Positions 50,799 to 61,194 of a stretch of 64,000 bases of DNA are shown here, in pieces. Each line of letters starts with the position of its first letter. The first letter of the stretch is position 1. The position numbers and the translations under genes were made by a program. The stretch covers positions 173,857 through 237,856 of the forward strand of contig CBDEUM010000012.1 in assembly GCA_965242925.1 (NCBI GenBank), given 5' to 3'. The stretch comes from Roseibacillus sp. GTDB lineage: Bacteria; Verrucomicrobiota; Verrucomicrobiia; Verrucomicrobiales; Akkermansiaceae. Under the pieces are notes generated by a model. It saw only the letters and a list, made by a program, of their open reading frames with translations, was not told the DNA's origin and did not search any database.

Positions 50799-52228
50799 AC
50801 CAGCACCATCATGAGGAGACAGGCAGCGCTCCTGTCCTGCCCTGGTCCCGGAGAGGATTCATGGGCTTCAGCGGCTTGGCCCTCTGCGATCTCCTTGCCC
50901 GCCAGTCCTGCCGGGCATCAGATAGCGGAACCTCTCCCGGTTCCAGCAAACTCGAACCTCACTTTCCCGCCCGCGCGAAGCGCATGATCTTCATCCTGCT
51001 CGACGGCGGACTCTCCCAGGTCGATTCCTACGACTATAAGCCGCGCCTGCAGGAGGAGCACGGCAAACCCCTCCCGGCCTCCATCCGATCACCCAGGTTC
51101 ACCTTCGCCCAACGAGGCCACATCATCGGGTCGCCCTTTCAATGGACGCAGTGGGGCGAGAGCGGCTGGTGGGCCAGCAATCTCTTCCCGAAGGTCAACG
51201 GCGGATGGATCGACAAACTCTGTTTTCTCCACTCGCTGCACCATGAAAACGAGGATCACATCACCGCCATGTCGATGCTCAACACGGGTGTTCCCCGCGA
51301 GGTGCGCCCCGCCCTGGGCAATTGGCTCCTCTACGGCCTGAGCTCCGATAACGGCAACCTGCCCGGCTATGTTGACCTCACGCCCAAGGACGGCAGGACG
51401 TCCCCCACCGGCTTCCTTCCCTCCTCCTTCGCCGGTGCGCCCATCCTGAAGCCCTCAAGGAAAGGCGAGGCCCTGAAGTGGGACAACCTGACGGCAGGAT
51501 TCGGAGCCCAGCGCGAGCACCTCGACTTCATCCGGGACGTCAACGAAGAGCACGATCCCCTCCTCGCCGAGTTGCGTAATCGCGAACTCGCCTTCCGCAT
51601 GCAGAGCGTGGCCCCGGACATTATGGACCTCCAGAAGGAATCGCAGGCCACCCGCGACCTCTACGGAATCGGCGGTGACCACACCGACGAGTTCGGCCGC
51701 ACCCTGCTGCTGGCCAGGCGCTTTGCGGAGTCCGGAGTGCGCTTCGTGACCGCCACCCATTCCACCTCCCGCTACGGGAACCTCTGGGACCAGCACGCTG
51801 GCCTGGAAAAGGGCCACCGGGGCAATGCCCAGGCGGTGGACCAGCCCATCGCGGCCCTCCTTCACGACCTGGAGGCCCGGGGCCTGCTGGAGGATACTCT
51901 CGTCCTCTGCGGGAGTGAGTTCGGCCGCACGCCCAGCAGGGAAATCTTCGACGGCCAGATGGGCCGCAGCGACGACGGCCGCGACCACAACCCACACGGC
52001 TTCACCATGTGGATGTGCGGCGGGGGCACCAGGGGCGGCTATCACCACGGTGCCACCGATGACTACGGCTACCATGCCGTGAAGGACAGGGTTTCCATCC
52101 ACGACCTGCATGCCACCATCCTCCACCTGCTGGGGATCGACCACGAGCGACTCACCTTCCACCACTCCGGGCGCGACTACCGTCTTACCGACGTCTTCGG
52201 CAAGGTTGTAAAGGAGATCGTCTCCTGA
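50795..52228 (+). CDS. DUF1501 family protein
   Basis: SRRGFM Tat-like, GGLSQVDSYDYKP, WDQH, EFGRTP, GRDHN; 4-bp overlap with upstream gene. Confidence 0.92.
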   Translation: MNQHHHEETGSAPVLPWSRRGFMGFSGLALCDLLARQSCRASDSGTSPGSSKLEPHFPARAKRMIFILLDGGLSQVDSYDYKPRLQEEHGKPLPASIRSPRFTFAQRGHIIGSPFQWTQWGESGWWASNLFPKVNGGWIDKLCFLHSLHHENEDHITAMSMLNTGVPREVRPALGNWLLYGLSSDNGNLPGYVDLTPKDGRTSPTGFLPSSFAGAPILKPSRKGEALKWDNLTAGFGAQREHLDFIRDVNEEHDPLLAELRNRELAFRMQSVAPDIMDLQKESQATRDLYGIGGDHTDEFGRTLLLARRFAESGVRFVTATHSTSRYGNLWDQHAGLEKGHRGNAQAVDQPIAALLHDLEARGLLEDTLVLCGSEFGRTPSREIFDGQMGRSDDGRDHNPHGFTMWMCGGGTRGGYHHGATDDYGYHAVKDRVSIHDLHATILHLLGIDHERLTFHHSGRDYRLTDVFGKVVKEIVS

Positions 52229-52261
52229 AGCCCCCTCGCCAGTTTTCCCTGCCGCACTTCC

Positions 52262-53050
52262 TCATTCCACCGGCTTGAGCACGATGCGCCTGATGTCCAT
52301 GATACCCCGGGCCTTCTTGAGGACCTTCACGCTCAGTTGCTGCGGAGCCGCCTTTGCAAAGGTCACTTCCCCGAGGGAAACATCAATCCAGTTCTGGTAG
52401 CCACCGGTGTCCTTCACCGTGAACTCCAGGGAAGCTCCCGCCGTCTCCAGGACCGCCTTGCTTCCCCCCGCGCCCCGGCCGCATCCCTGGGTGAGAATAA
52501 CCTCATACTTTCCCGCGGTCGCCACCGTGTAGTTCCATACCGGATAGTCCTCCGGGTTTCCCCAGAAGCCTATGCAGAGCTTCTTCGGATTTGGTTCGTA
52601 GCGGAGCGTCACTCCCGAGATCCGGCAGTCCCGGGCGTCCAGCTCAATGGCCTTGCCCTTCTCCGGCACCACCGGCTTGCCCTCGCAGGCCGGCACCAGT
52701 CTCAGCGCGGTCACTCCCCCTGCAGTCCCATTCAATTCGATGACACAGGGCCCGGCCTTCTTCATGTAAAATTTTCCCAGATGACCCGGACCGGCCGGGA
52801 ACCCCACAAATTCCTGCCCGTTGAGCTTGGCCTGCAGACCGGCATCTGCGGTCCCCTCAATCATGAGATCGTACATTCCCCAGCGCGTGGCGCGAAACCT
52901 GGCCGTTACCTTCCCCCCGTCCGCACTGAAGTCCGCCCTGGGTATCATCACCTCCCCGCTTTTTTCGTAAGCCGGCTTGGCCCCGATTTCCGGGAGCATG
53001 AGCGACAGGATGAGCCCGGAGACTATCAGGAGGCGCGTCAAAAGATCCAT
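52262..53050 (-). CDS. Exported beta-sandwich (CBM-like) protein
   Basis: Signal peptide; LRYEP...CIGFW...W, GKYEV, TGGYQNW, MDIRRIVL pattern typical of galactose-binding-like domains. Confidence 0.65.
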   Translation of the reverse strand: MDLLTRLLIVSGLILSLMLPEIGAKPAYEKSGEVMIPRADFSADGGKVTARFRATRWGMYDLMIEGTADAGLQAKLNGQEFVGFPAGPGHLGKFYMKKAGPCVIELNGTAGGVTALRLVPACEGKPVVPEKGKAIELDARDCRISGVTLRYEPNPKKLCIGFWGNPEDYPVWNYTVATAGKYEVILTQGCGRGAGGSKAVLETAGASLEFTVKDTGGYQNWIDVSLGEVTFAKAAPQQLSVKVLKKARGIMDIRRIVLKPVE

Positions 53051-53162
53051 GAACCCAAGTGTTACCGGGTGGGCGATCCTTGCAATCTCCTATTTCGAGC
53101 CCTTCCGGAACAGATAGCAAAATCCTTCTGATCCCACCCTCCCTGTCATAGACTCCCCTCCG

Positions 53163-54155
53163 ATGAAGCTCCTTCCTCGCACCTTCCTAGCCCTCCTCCC
53201 CTTTTCGACTTCTCTCGACGCCCAGCCTGCGGAACAGGACCTGCGCCTCGGCCTCATCGGACTCGATACCTCCCACGTCATTGCCTTCACTTCCCGCTTT
53301 AACGAAAAGGACAACCCCAACCATGTCCCGGGCGCAACAGTAGTGGCTGCCTTCAAGGGTGGCAGCGCGGACATTCCCTCCAGCATCAACCGGGTTCCGG
53401 GATACACCAGGACCCTCACCGAGAAATATGACGTCAGAATCTACAACGATATCGCGAAAATGTGCGAGGAGGTCGATGCCATTCTCCTTACCAGCCTCGA
53501 CGGGCGCCCCCATCTTAAGCAGGTCAAACCGGTCATTGCAGCGGGCAAACCGGTCTTCATCGACAAACCGGTGGCGGGCTCCCTGAAGGACGCGGTCGAG
53601 ATCTTCCGGTTGGCCCGGGAGGCGGAAGTTCCCTGCTTCAGCAGTTCCTCCCTCCGTTGGTACACCGGGGTAGTGGAAGTAGCCACTGCCGACATCGGGG
53701 AACTCCGCTCCGCCATCTCCTATGGCCCGGCAACCCTCGAGCCTCACCATCCCAGCCTCTTCTGGTACGGCATCCACCCCACCGAATCGCTCTTCACGGT
53801 GATGGGACCGGGCTGCCAGAGCGTGGTGGCCACCGAAAGCAAGGGCACCATCGTGGTGACCGGCAAGTGGGCCAACGGCTCCATCGGCACACTACAGGGA
53901 ATCCGCAGCGGCAAGACCTCCTACAAGGTCACCTCCTTTGGAACCAAGGCCATTGCGGAACAGAAATCCGGGGGCGACTACACCCCCATGCTCCGGGAGA
54001 TCGTGAAATTCTTCCGCACTGGCAAACCTCCGGTCCCTCCCCAGGTCACCCTTGAGATCTACGCTTTCATGGAGGCCGCCGACGAGAGCATTCGCCAGGG
54101 CGGAAAGCCCGTCTCCATCCCGGACTATCTCAAGAAAAACGGGTGGGATAAGTAG
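53163..54155 (+). CDS. Exported Gfo/Idh/MocA oxidoreductase
   Basis: IGLDTSH, DGRPH, FIDKP, SSSLR, WYGIH. Confidence 0.88.
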   Translation: MKLLPRTFLALLPFSTSLDAQPAEQDLRLGLIGLDTSHVIAFTSRFNEKDNPNHVPGATVVAAFKGGSADIPSSINRVPGYTRTLTEKYDVRIYNDIAKMCEEVDAILLTSLDGRPHLKQVKPVIAAGKPVFIDKPVAGSLKDAVEIFRLAREAEVPCFSSSSLRWYTGVVEVATADIGELRSAISYGPATLEPHHPSLFWYGIHPTESLFTVMGPGCQSVVATESKGTIVVTGKWANGSIGTLQGIRSGKTSYKVTSFGTKAIAEQKSGGDYTPMLREIVKFFRTGKPPVPPQVTLEIYAFMEAADESIRQGGKPVSIPDYLKKNGWDK

Positions 54156-54287
54156 CACCCTGAACGGCCACGCACCCCTCCAGAGGGGACCGGTATTCCA
54201 ATTCTGGGGAACCCCTGCTCATTGCGCACCGACGCTATCTCCTTGAAATCTCACCCTTCCTCACCGGATAGTGCTCCCGCCGCCTTC

Positions 54288-55574
54288 ATGCAAAAGACAT
54301 CTCTCATCCTCCTCCTCGCCCTGTGCGCATCTCCTGCCGGGATGGCCCAGTTCTACAATGACTACGAACTGGAGCCCCATGGATACTTCAGCAAGGACGC
54401 GAAGGACCCGACCACCCTCCTCATGAAGCGTATCCAACGGGGTGAAGTCCTGATCACGGAAGCGAATGGCAAACCCCTGGTCGAACGCTTCCTCAAGGAA
54501 CTCAAACTCGACAAGGACACCCAGGTTCTCGTCTTTTCCAAGACCAGCCTGCAACGACGAGCAGTCTCCTACAACAATCCGCGCGCCATCTACTTTAACG
54601 AATCGGTCTACCTCGGATGGATGCCAAACGGGAGAATCGAAATCGCGAGCTTTGACCCGGAACTCGGACCTTTATTCTACTTCCAGCGCCAACTGGATGA
54701 CAAGACCTCTCCCCTCTTCGCCCGGACGCGATCCTGCCTCGGATGTCACGCCGGGGATGCCACCAATTTCCTTCCCGGTTCCCTGGGCCAATCTGTCTAC
54801 CCCGACCGGTCAGGCCGCCCCCTCAGGACCATTGACGACTATCGTCGCTCCGGCCATCACATTCCTTTCCACCAGCGCTACGGCGGCTGGTTCGTAAGTG
54901 GCAATCACGGGGCCATGCGACACATGGGCAATGCCATTGCCACCCGCGAGAACGGGAAGCTCTCCATTGACCGGGAGCAATTTGCCAACCTGGAGAAACT
55001 CGACCGATTCTTCCGCCCCGATGCCTACCCCTCCCCTGGCAGCGACATCGCGGCTCTTCTCGTCTTCGACCACCAGATCACCATGCACTACCGACTGGTG
55101 GAGGCCGCCTACCGGGGCCGCCAGTCTCTCTTTGACAGCAAGCTCGATCCCGGGGAGACCGATGTAAGCAAGCTGGCCAAGGGCCGCAGTATGGAGGAAT
55201 TCATGGAGGGCCGCGACAAGGTCATCGACTACATGCTCTTCCGCGAGGAAAGCACCATTCCAAAGGTCTCCTGCGATCCCGGCTTCCGGCACGCCTTCAC
55301 CGCCAACCGACTCCCTGACCCCAAGAAACGCTCCCTCAAGGATCTCCGGCTCGATGGAAGGATCTTTGAAAACCGCTGCAGCTACATGATCTACTCGCCC
55401 ACCTTCGAGCACCTTCCGCCCATGTTGAAGGGCGCGATCTACAGACGGATTCACGAGATCCTCACGGCGAAGAAACCGGTCGAGGGTTTTGAGTATCTCG
55501 AGCAGGACGAGAAACAACGCATTCTCGAGATCCTGCACGCCACCAAGGACGATCTTCCCGCCGGATGGCTATGA
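54288..55574 (+). CDS. Exported hypothetical protein with one CxxCH motif
   Basis: Signal peptide; LVFSKTSLQ, PRAIYF, CLGCH, RYGGWFV, CSYMIYS. Confidence 0.75.
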   Translation: MQKTSLILLLALCASPAGMAQFYNDYELEPHGYFSKDAKDPTTLLMKRIQRGEVLITEANGKPLVERFLKELKLDKDTQVLVFSKTSLQRRAVSYNNPRAIYFNESVYLGWMPNGRIEIASFDPELGPLFYFQRQLDDKTSPLFARTRSCLGCHAGDATNFLPGSLGQSVYPDRSGRPLRTIDDYRRSGHHIPFHQRYGGWFVSGNHGAMRHMGNAIATRENGKLSIDREQFANLEKLDRFFRPDAYPSPGSDIAALLVFDHQITMHYRLVEAAYRGRQSLFDSKLDPGETDVSKLAKGRSMEEFMEGRDKVIDYMLFREESTIPKVSCDPGFRHAFTANRLPDPKKRSLKDLRLDGRIFENRCSYMIYSPTFEHLPPMLKGAIYRRIHEILTAKKPVEGFEYLEQDEKQRILEILHATKDDLPAGWL

Positions 55575-55648
55575 TTGGATCTGCACGCTCAAATCAAGGC
55601 ATGGCTATTCACCTGTATTTGTGGTAGCGACTTGGTGAATCGTAACTC

Positions 55649-56824
55649 ATGAAGTCACTCCCCAAACTCATCCTGATTCTCGGACTGTTAATCGCTCCCC
55701 TCGCAGCGCAGGACTCCGGGACAAAGGACCCTGAATCGGTTCCAATCCGCTACCAGGTCCCCGCCCTCATGATGGTAACCTGGGCGGAGTGGCCGGAGGA
55801 ACCTGCCCAGCAGGACGTGATGGCCCAGTTCATCAAGTCCCATGGCTTCAACGCGGTGGAGGTTGAAGTGAATCTCCTGGAGATGTGCCGGCGCAATGGG
55901 CTCTATGCCCGTCTCGGTGCGGGAGACATCAATGAACTGCACAAGCAGGCTGCCGGTCTCAAGGACGACAAGAATGTCTTTGCCTACTTCATTTCCGACC
56001 GACGCCGCAAGAACTCCTTCCCTGGCTTTGCAAACATCGCCCGCGCATTCGCGGAGGCCGACCCCAACCATCCCACCATCTTCATCAACCGGGCAATATG
56101 GGGGGAATACTACGAATTCGTCAGCACCGTGAAGCCGATGCTGTTGGACTACTATCACTATCACTGGGACGGACGACGCTATCCCGACCGGCGCTACATC
56201 TACCTCCGCTCCATCTGCGAACTGGCCCAGAAGAACGGGATCCCGGCCATGCGCTGTGTCGGGGCGGGAGTCTCCCTCCCCCAGCTTCGCCACACCATGT
56301 ACACCAGCCTCGCCTACGGGGTGCAGGCCTTCCACTTCTGGCCCCCCTGGATGTTCAGCTACGAGAAGAAGGACGACAAGCCGGTGCTGGTGGACGGGAA
56401 GATCGTGCCCCGCGTCAACGTCCCCCCGCTGGCCGAGGTGGCCCGTGGCATTCAACCGCTCGGCCCCACCCTGGCCGGACTCCGGTCCACCGGTGTCTAC
56501 CATACCAAACCCTTCCATCCCGAGGCCCCCGGGGCAGCGGAGTTCCCCAAGGATCACTGGGTCCAGGCCACGGGCGAGCATCTCGTAGTGGGAATGTTTG
56601 AAAACGAGAAGAAGCGCTCGCATTTTCTCGCCGTCAACAGCGACATCACCACGGAGCGCACCAGCCGCCTCACCTTCCAGGCATCCGTCTCCCTTGTGGA
56701 GCGTCTTGATCGAAAAAGTGGTGACTGGCAGAACGCTCTCACCCCCTCCAAGGACAAGGCCGTCCTCTCCGTGAAACTGCCTCCCGGAGGAGGCGATCTC
56801 TTCCGGATTACGAGGACGAAGTGA
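55649..56824 (+). CDS. Exported hypothetical protein, possible glycoside-hydrolase-like barrel + beta domain
   Basis: Signal peptide; GFN, DPNHP..FIN, DYYHY, YTSLAYG pattern. Confidence 0.6.
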   Translation: MKSLPKLILILGLLIAPLAAQDSGTKDPESVPIRYQVPALMMVTWAEWPEEPAQQDVMAQFIKSHGFNAVEVEVNLLEMCRRNGLYARLGAGDINELHKQAAGLKDDKNVFAYFISDRRRKNSFPGFANIARAFAEADPNHPTIFINRAIWGEYYEFVSTVKPMLLDYYHYHWDGRRYPDRRYIYLRSICELAQKNGIPAMRCVGAGVSLPQLRHTMYTSLAYGVQAFHFWPPWMFSYEKKDDKPVLVDGKIVPRVNVPPLAEVARGIQPLGPTLAGLRSTGVYHTKPFHPEAPGAAEFPKDHWVQATGEHLVVGMFENEKKRSHFLAVNSDITTERTSRLTFQASVSLVERLDRKSGDWQNALTPSKDKAVLSVKLPPGGGDLFRITRTK

Positions 56825-56860
56825 CCACTCGGACTGGCGGACAAGAAGAGCGGTTGACCC

Positions 56861-57508
56861 TTACCGCGGTTTGAGCAGGGCCCGGCAGGGCGCCCCATCC
56901 GCTCCCTTGATCTTGAGCGGCAGACAGATGAGATCGTAGTCACCCGGTTCGACGTCCTCGAGACGAAGCCCCTCGATGACCCAGATGCCGGCCCCCAGCA
57001 TGACCTGATGCACCTCTACCACGTCCTTTCCAAAACCACCGATGCTGAGATAGTCCACCCCCACCGTCATCACTCCCGCCTCGGCCAAAACCTTCCCGGC
57101 GGCTTCACTGATAGAGACGAAGTTCTTGTCGAAGACCGGGGCCATGTCCCAGCTCCTGGTCGTATTGTGCGTCTTGAAGATGATGCGCTCACCCTGCTGC
57201 AGATTAAGCCCTTCCAGATCGGACGGCGTGATCTGGTCCTCGACATCCATGCCAATCACGCGGCACGGACCGATCGTCGCCTCCAGCGGCATCTCGTCCA
57301 TCCCCGCACCCCCCGGAACGAAGTGGCACATGGCATCCATGTGGGTGGCGGTATGGGCACTGATCTCCAGCTTGGTCAGGTTGCAGGGCATCCCGTCCAC
57401 CCCCAGCTCGAAATGCCGGTAGATCTTCACCTCCGGGTCCCCCTCCCAGTGCACCATCCCGTTCTCCAGGGGAACGGTCACGTCAATCCATTCGCTGCTC
57501 ATCGCCAT
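56861..57508 (-). CDS. Cyclase family / kynurenine formamidase-like metallohydrolase
   Basis: HTATHMDAMCHF, VGVDYLS, H..ML..GI.VIEGL, LPLKIKGADGAPCRA. Confidence 0.9.
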   Translation of the reverse strand: MAMSSEWIDVTVPLENGMVHWEGDPEVKIYRHFELGVDGMPCNLTKLEISAHTATHMDAMCHFVPGGAGMDEMPLEATIGPCRVIGMDVEDQITPSDLEGLNLQQGERIIFKTHNTTRSWDMAPVFDKNFVSISEAAGKVLAEAGVMTVGVDYLSIGGFGKDVVEVHQVMLGAGIWVIEGLRLEDVEPGDYDLICLPLKIKGADGAPCRALLKPR

Positions 57509-57676
57509 CCTTCTGCCAGATTTCCCCGCCCAGGTCGACGGTCCCTTTCCGGTCCCCCGTCATTCGACTCCATGCCCCGGATTACAGTCACATCTTCCAG
57601 CGGTTTGTGGAAACGGAATGACAAATCGACGAAACGCCGCTTGACGCTCCTCGCATTCATTCCGCACAAGCACGGC

Positions 57677-59189
57677 ATGCGACTGCTCCTTCTTCTCCTG
57701 TTCCTCAGCCTGTCACACCGGGTGTCGGCCAACGAGCATCCCAACATCCTCTTCATCCTCGCTGACGACCTCGGCTACGGGGACGTCAGCTGTTACAATC
57801 CCGAGAGCAAGGTTCAGACCCCCAACCTCGACCGCCTCGCGAAGGAAGGACTGCTCTTCACCGACGCCCACAGCCCCTCCACGGTCTGCACGCCCACCCG
57901 CTACAGCATCATGACCGGGCGCATGGCCTTTCGTCTGAATTACCGTGGCGTCTTCACCGGCGTTGGGGGCCCCTGCCTCATCGAAAAGGAACGCCTCACC
58001 CTGCCCGGGATGCTGAAGAAGCAGGGCTACCGCACCGCCCTGTCCGGCAAATGGCATATTGGGATGACCTTCTTCGACAAGGACGGCAAGGCCATCAACA
58101 AGAACGGCCTCGAGGCGGTCCGGCGGGTCGACTACAGCCGCCCCGTTCCCGATGGCCCCATCCACCGCGGCTTCGATCACTTCTTTGGAACTGTTTCCTG
58201 TCCCACCACAGACTGGCTCTACGCCTACATGGAAGGCGACCGGATCCCGGTGCCGCCCACCGGTCAGGTCGACAAAAGTAAACTCCCAAAGCACGAATGG
58301 TCGTTCGACTGCCGCCCCGGACTCGTCGCCCCCGGATTCGATCTTGAGGAGGTCGACATGGTCTTCCTCGAAAAAAGCCTGCAGTTCCTCGATCAGCACG
58401 CGAAGAAAACTCCGAGGAAACCCTTCTTTCTCTTTCACTCCCTGCAGGCCGTGCATCTGCCCTCCTTCCCCGGCAGGGATTTCAAGGGAAAGACCGGGGC
58501 GGGACCGCACGGGGACTTCATCTTTGAATTCGACCATGTCATCGGGAAACTCCTGCAGAAACTCGACAAACTCGACCTCGCCGAAGGAGACCCTCGTCAT
58601 CGTCTCCAGCGACAACGGCCCCGAGGTCGGGACCGTGATCAACATGCGCAACAAGTACCAGCACGATGGCGCCCGGCCCTGGCGCGGCGTGAAGCGGGAC
58701 AACTGGGAGGGCGGGCACCGCGTTCCCATGGTGGCGCGCTGGCCGGGCCGGATTAAGGCAAACACCAGGACCAGCCAGACCGTCTGCCTCACCGACCTGA
58801 TGGCCACCTGCGCCGCCCTCACCGGGGCCAAACTGCCAGCCAACGCAGCCGAGGACAGCTTCAACATGCTCCCCGTTCTCCTGGGCAAGACCACCAAGCC
58901 GGTCCGGGAGCATACCCTCCACCAGACCATCAGCCTGGCCCTTGCGATCCGCCAGGGCGACTGGAAGTATCTCGATCACAAGGGGTCCGGTGGCAACAAT
59001 TATGCTCGTGGCGCCCTCCGGAAGTTTGCCATTCCGGACAATGCTCCCGACGCCCCGGGACAACTCTACAACCTCGCCAGGGATCCCGGAGAGAAGGACA
59101 ACCTCGCCGCCGGGAACCCCCAGTTGGTCAAGCAACTCAAGGCCAGGCTGGAGGAATTCAAGACGAGCGGTCGCAGCGCCCCCCGCTAA
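57677..59189 (+). CDS. Secreted arylsulfatase (apparent +1 frameshift near 58585)
   Basis: ADDLGYGD, CTPTR, GKWH, AVH in the first frame; ETLVIVSSDNG, K.DNWEGGHRVP, LYNL..DPGE in the second frame. Confidence 0.9.
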
Positions 59190-59361
59190 GGATAACACGA
59201 CAAATGTCGCGGACGGAATCGCTTTTACTCTCCTTGCTTAACACGCTGCCTCAACATACAATTTGAGCTTATTTCTAACACCTTAATATGTTAGAATCCA
59301 AGCTCTTCATGCCACTCAAGTTATAGTTGCTCTCCTGACACTGTGTAGTGTAACATTACCT

Positions 59362-59596
59362 ATGGCTGAAGTATCAGAAAAGAAAATACTCCCTGCGTTC
59401 CTGTTGTGCACTTTTCTCGGCATGCTGGGCGTACACAGGTTTTATGTCGGATCTTTAAAGCAGGCAGTGGGATTGCCCAAATACTCACCTTAGGAGGTCT
59501 TGGATCATATGGGCCCTGGTCGACTGGATTATGCTTCTATGTGGCTCCTTTAACAATTTGGACAAAGAGGGGAAAGTTCTTAAAGAGTGGACATAG
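59362..59596 (+). pseudogene. TM2-domain small membrane protein, frame disrupted, AT-rich
   Basis: Not in ORF track. MAEVSEKKILPAFLLCTFLGMLGVHRFYVG / KAGSGIAQILTLGGLG / IWALVDWIMLLCGSF..DKEGKVLKEWT* assembled across three frames. Confidence 0.8.
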
Positions 59597-59696
59597 GCTA
59601 AACGCTTCGGGAAAAGCGATGGCCTTGCGGCCCTTCCGAGCTCCGCCGGCTGAAGGCGCCTGATCTGGCCTACTGCAATCCTTTTAATCTTACGCC

Positions 59697-59733
59697 CCGG
59701 GGGTTCCGCAAAAGCGGAGCCCCCGGTTTTTTT
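59697..59733 (+). terminator. Rho-independent terminator
   Basis: 13-bp stem CCGGGGGTTCCGC-AAAA-GCGGAGCCCCCGG followed by T7. Confidence 0.85.
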
Positions 59734-59779
59734 GCAGGATTGATGCATGACGTCCGCCCTGCTTCCCTTTCCGCCGACC

Positions 59780-61132
59780 ATGAAGAGCCTCATCCTCACC
59801 GGCCTCCTCGCACTCGGTAGCCTGGCCCTCGCCGCCCCACCCAACGTGGTGATTTTCCTCACCGACGACCAGGGCACCCTGGATGCCAATTGCTACGGAT
59901 CGAAGGATCTCTACACTCCCGCCATGGACCGCCTGGCCACCACCGGGGTGCGCTTCACCCAGGCCTACGCGCATACAGTCTGCTGCCCGGCCCGGGCCCT
60001 CCTCATGACCGGTCGCCACCCCCAACGCTCCGGTGTGACCCACTGGACCCAGGGGGACCGCAAGGGCAGCGACAGCAGAAACAGGAACATGGCCGCTTCC
60101 GAGATCACCATCGCGGAAGTCCTCAGGAAGGCAGGCTACGCCACCGCCATTTTCGGAAAATGGCATCTCGGCGCCAGGGAAGGCCACGATCCGCTGGCCC
60201 AGGGATTCGATCACCACTTCGGCCACCTCGGCGGTTTCATCGACAACTACAACCACTTCTTCCTGCACGGGCAGGGCTTCCACGACCTCTACGAGGACAA
60301 CGTGGAGATCTTCAAACGCGACGAGTACTTCCCGGACCTGATGACGAATCGCGCCCTCGACTACATCGACGCCCATCGGGACAAGCCCTTCTTCCTCTAC
60401 ATGGCCTTCAACATCCCCCACTACCCCGAACAACACGACAAGAAGTTCGAGGAGCGCTACCAGGACCTGCCCATGCCGAGGCAATCCTACGCCCGCATGA
60501 TCTCCACCACCGACGACCGCATGGGCCGGATTCTCGACCGTCTTGAAAAGCGCAAGCTGCACGGGAACACCATCGTCATCTTCATGAGCGACAACGGTCA
60601 CTCCTCCGAGGAGGGTGCCCGGATCCGGGCCAATCACAAAAGCGGCATGAAGGAGGGACATTACTACCACGCCCATGGCGGCGGGGGGAACACCGGCAAA
60701 TGGAGGGGTTCCAAGGGGTCCTACTACGAGGGCGGCCTGCGTGTTCCCGCCATCATCAGCTATCCCGCGAAGCTCCCGAAGGGGGAGGTCCGCGACCAGG
60801 CCATCACGGCCGCGGACTGGTTTCCCACCATCCTCGACCTGTGCGAAATCGAGCGCCCCAAGGTGCAGCTCGATGGCCACTCGGTGCTTCCGCTCATCCA
60901 GAAGCCGGACTCCCCTTCGCTTCACCGCACCCTGCACTGGGGCTGGGGCAACGGCTGGGCCGTCCGCAAGGGCGACTGGAAACTCATCGGCAACGGCACC
61001 CAGCCACGGTTTCTCGGCAGCCTGGCCGGGGAGCACCCCGAGGCCTCGAACCATCTCAAAGAGAAACCGAAGCTGGTCCAGCAGCTGCTCCAACTGCATC
61101 AAGGCTGGGTTGAAGAAACGCGTCCCCGATAA
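59780..61132 (+). CDS. Secreted sulfatase
   Basis: Signal peptide; TDDQG, CCPAR...TGR, GKWHLG, PHYP, SDNG, KGSYYEGGLRVP. Confidence 0.93.
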   Translation: MKSLILTGLLALGSLALAAPPNVVIFLTDDQGTLDANCYGSKDLYTPAMDRLATTGVRFTQAYAHTVCCPARALLMTGRHPQRSGVTHWTQGDRKGSDSRNRNMAASEITIAEVLRKAGYATAIFGKWHLGAREGHDPLAQGFDHHFGHLGGFIDNYNHFFLHGQGFHDLYEDNVEIFKRDEYFPDLMTNRALDYIDAHRDKPFFLYMAFNIPHYPEQHDKKFEERYQDLPMPRQSYARMISTTDDRMGRILDRLEKRKLHGNTIVIFMSDNGHSSEEGARIRANHKSGMKEGHYYHAHGGGGNTGKWRGSKGSYYEGGLRVPAIISYPAKLPKGEVRDQAITAADWFPTILDLCEIERPKVQLDGHSVLPLIQKPDSPSLHRTLHWGWGNGWAVRKGDWKLIGNGTQPRFLGSLAGEHPEASNHLKEKPKLVQQLLQLHQGWVEETRPR

Positions 61133-61194
61133 GGAGTATCCCGGCACTCCCCACACAGTTGACTTATGCAACAAGCAACCTTTATTGAAGCAAT

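Noticed and set aside
59600..59665. Possible PEP-CTERM tail remnant (GLAAL...LRR) or small RNA before the terminator
   Set aside because: Needs a frameshift, has no PEP motif or upstream ORF, and no recognisable RNA family structure.
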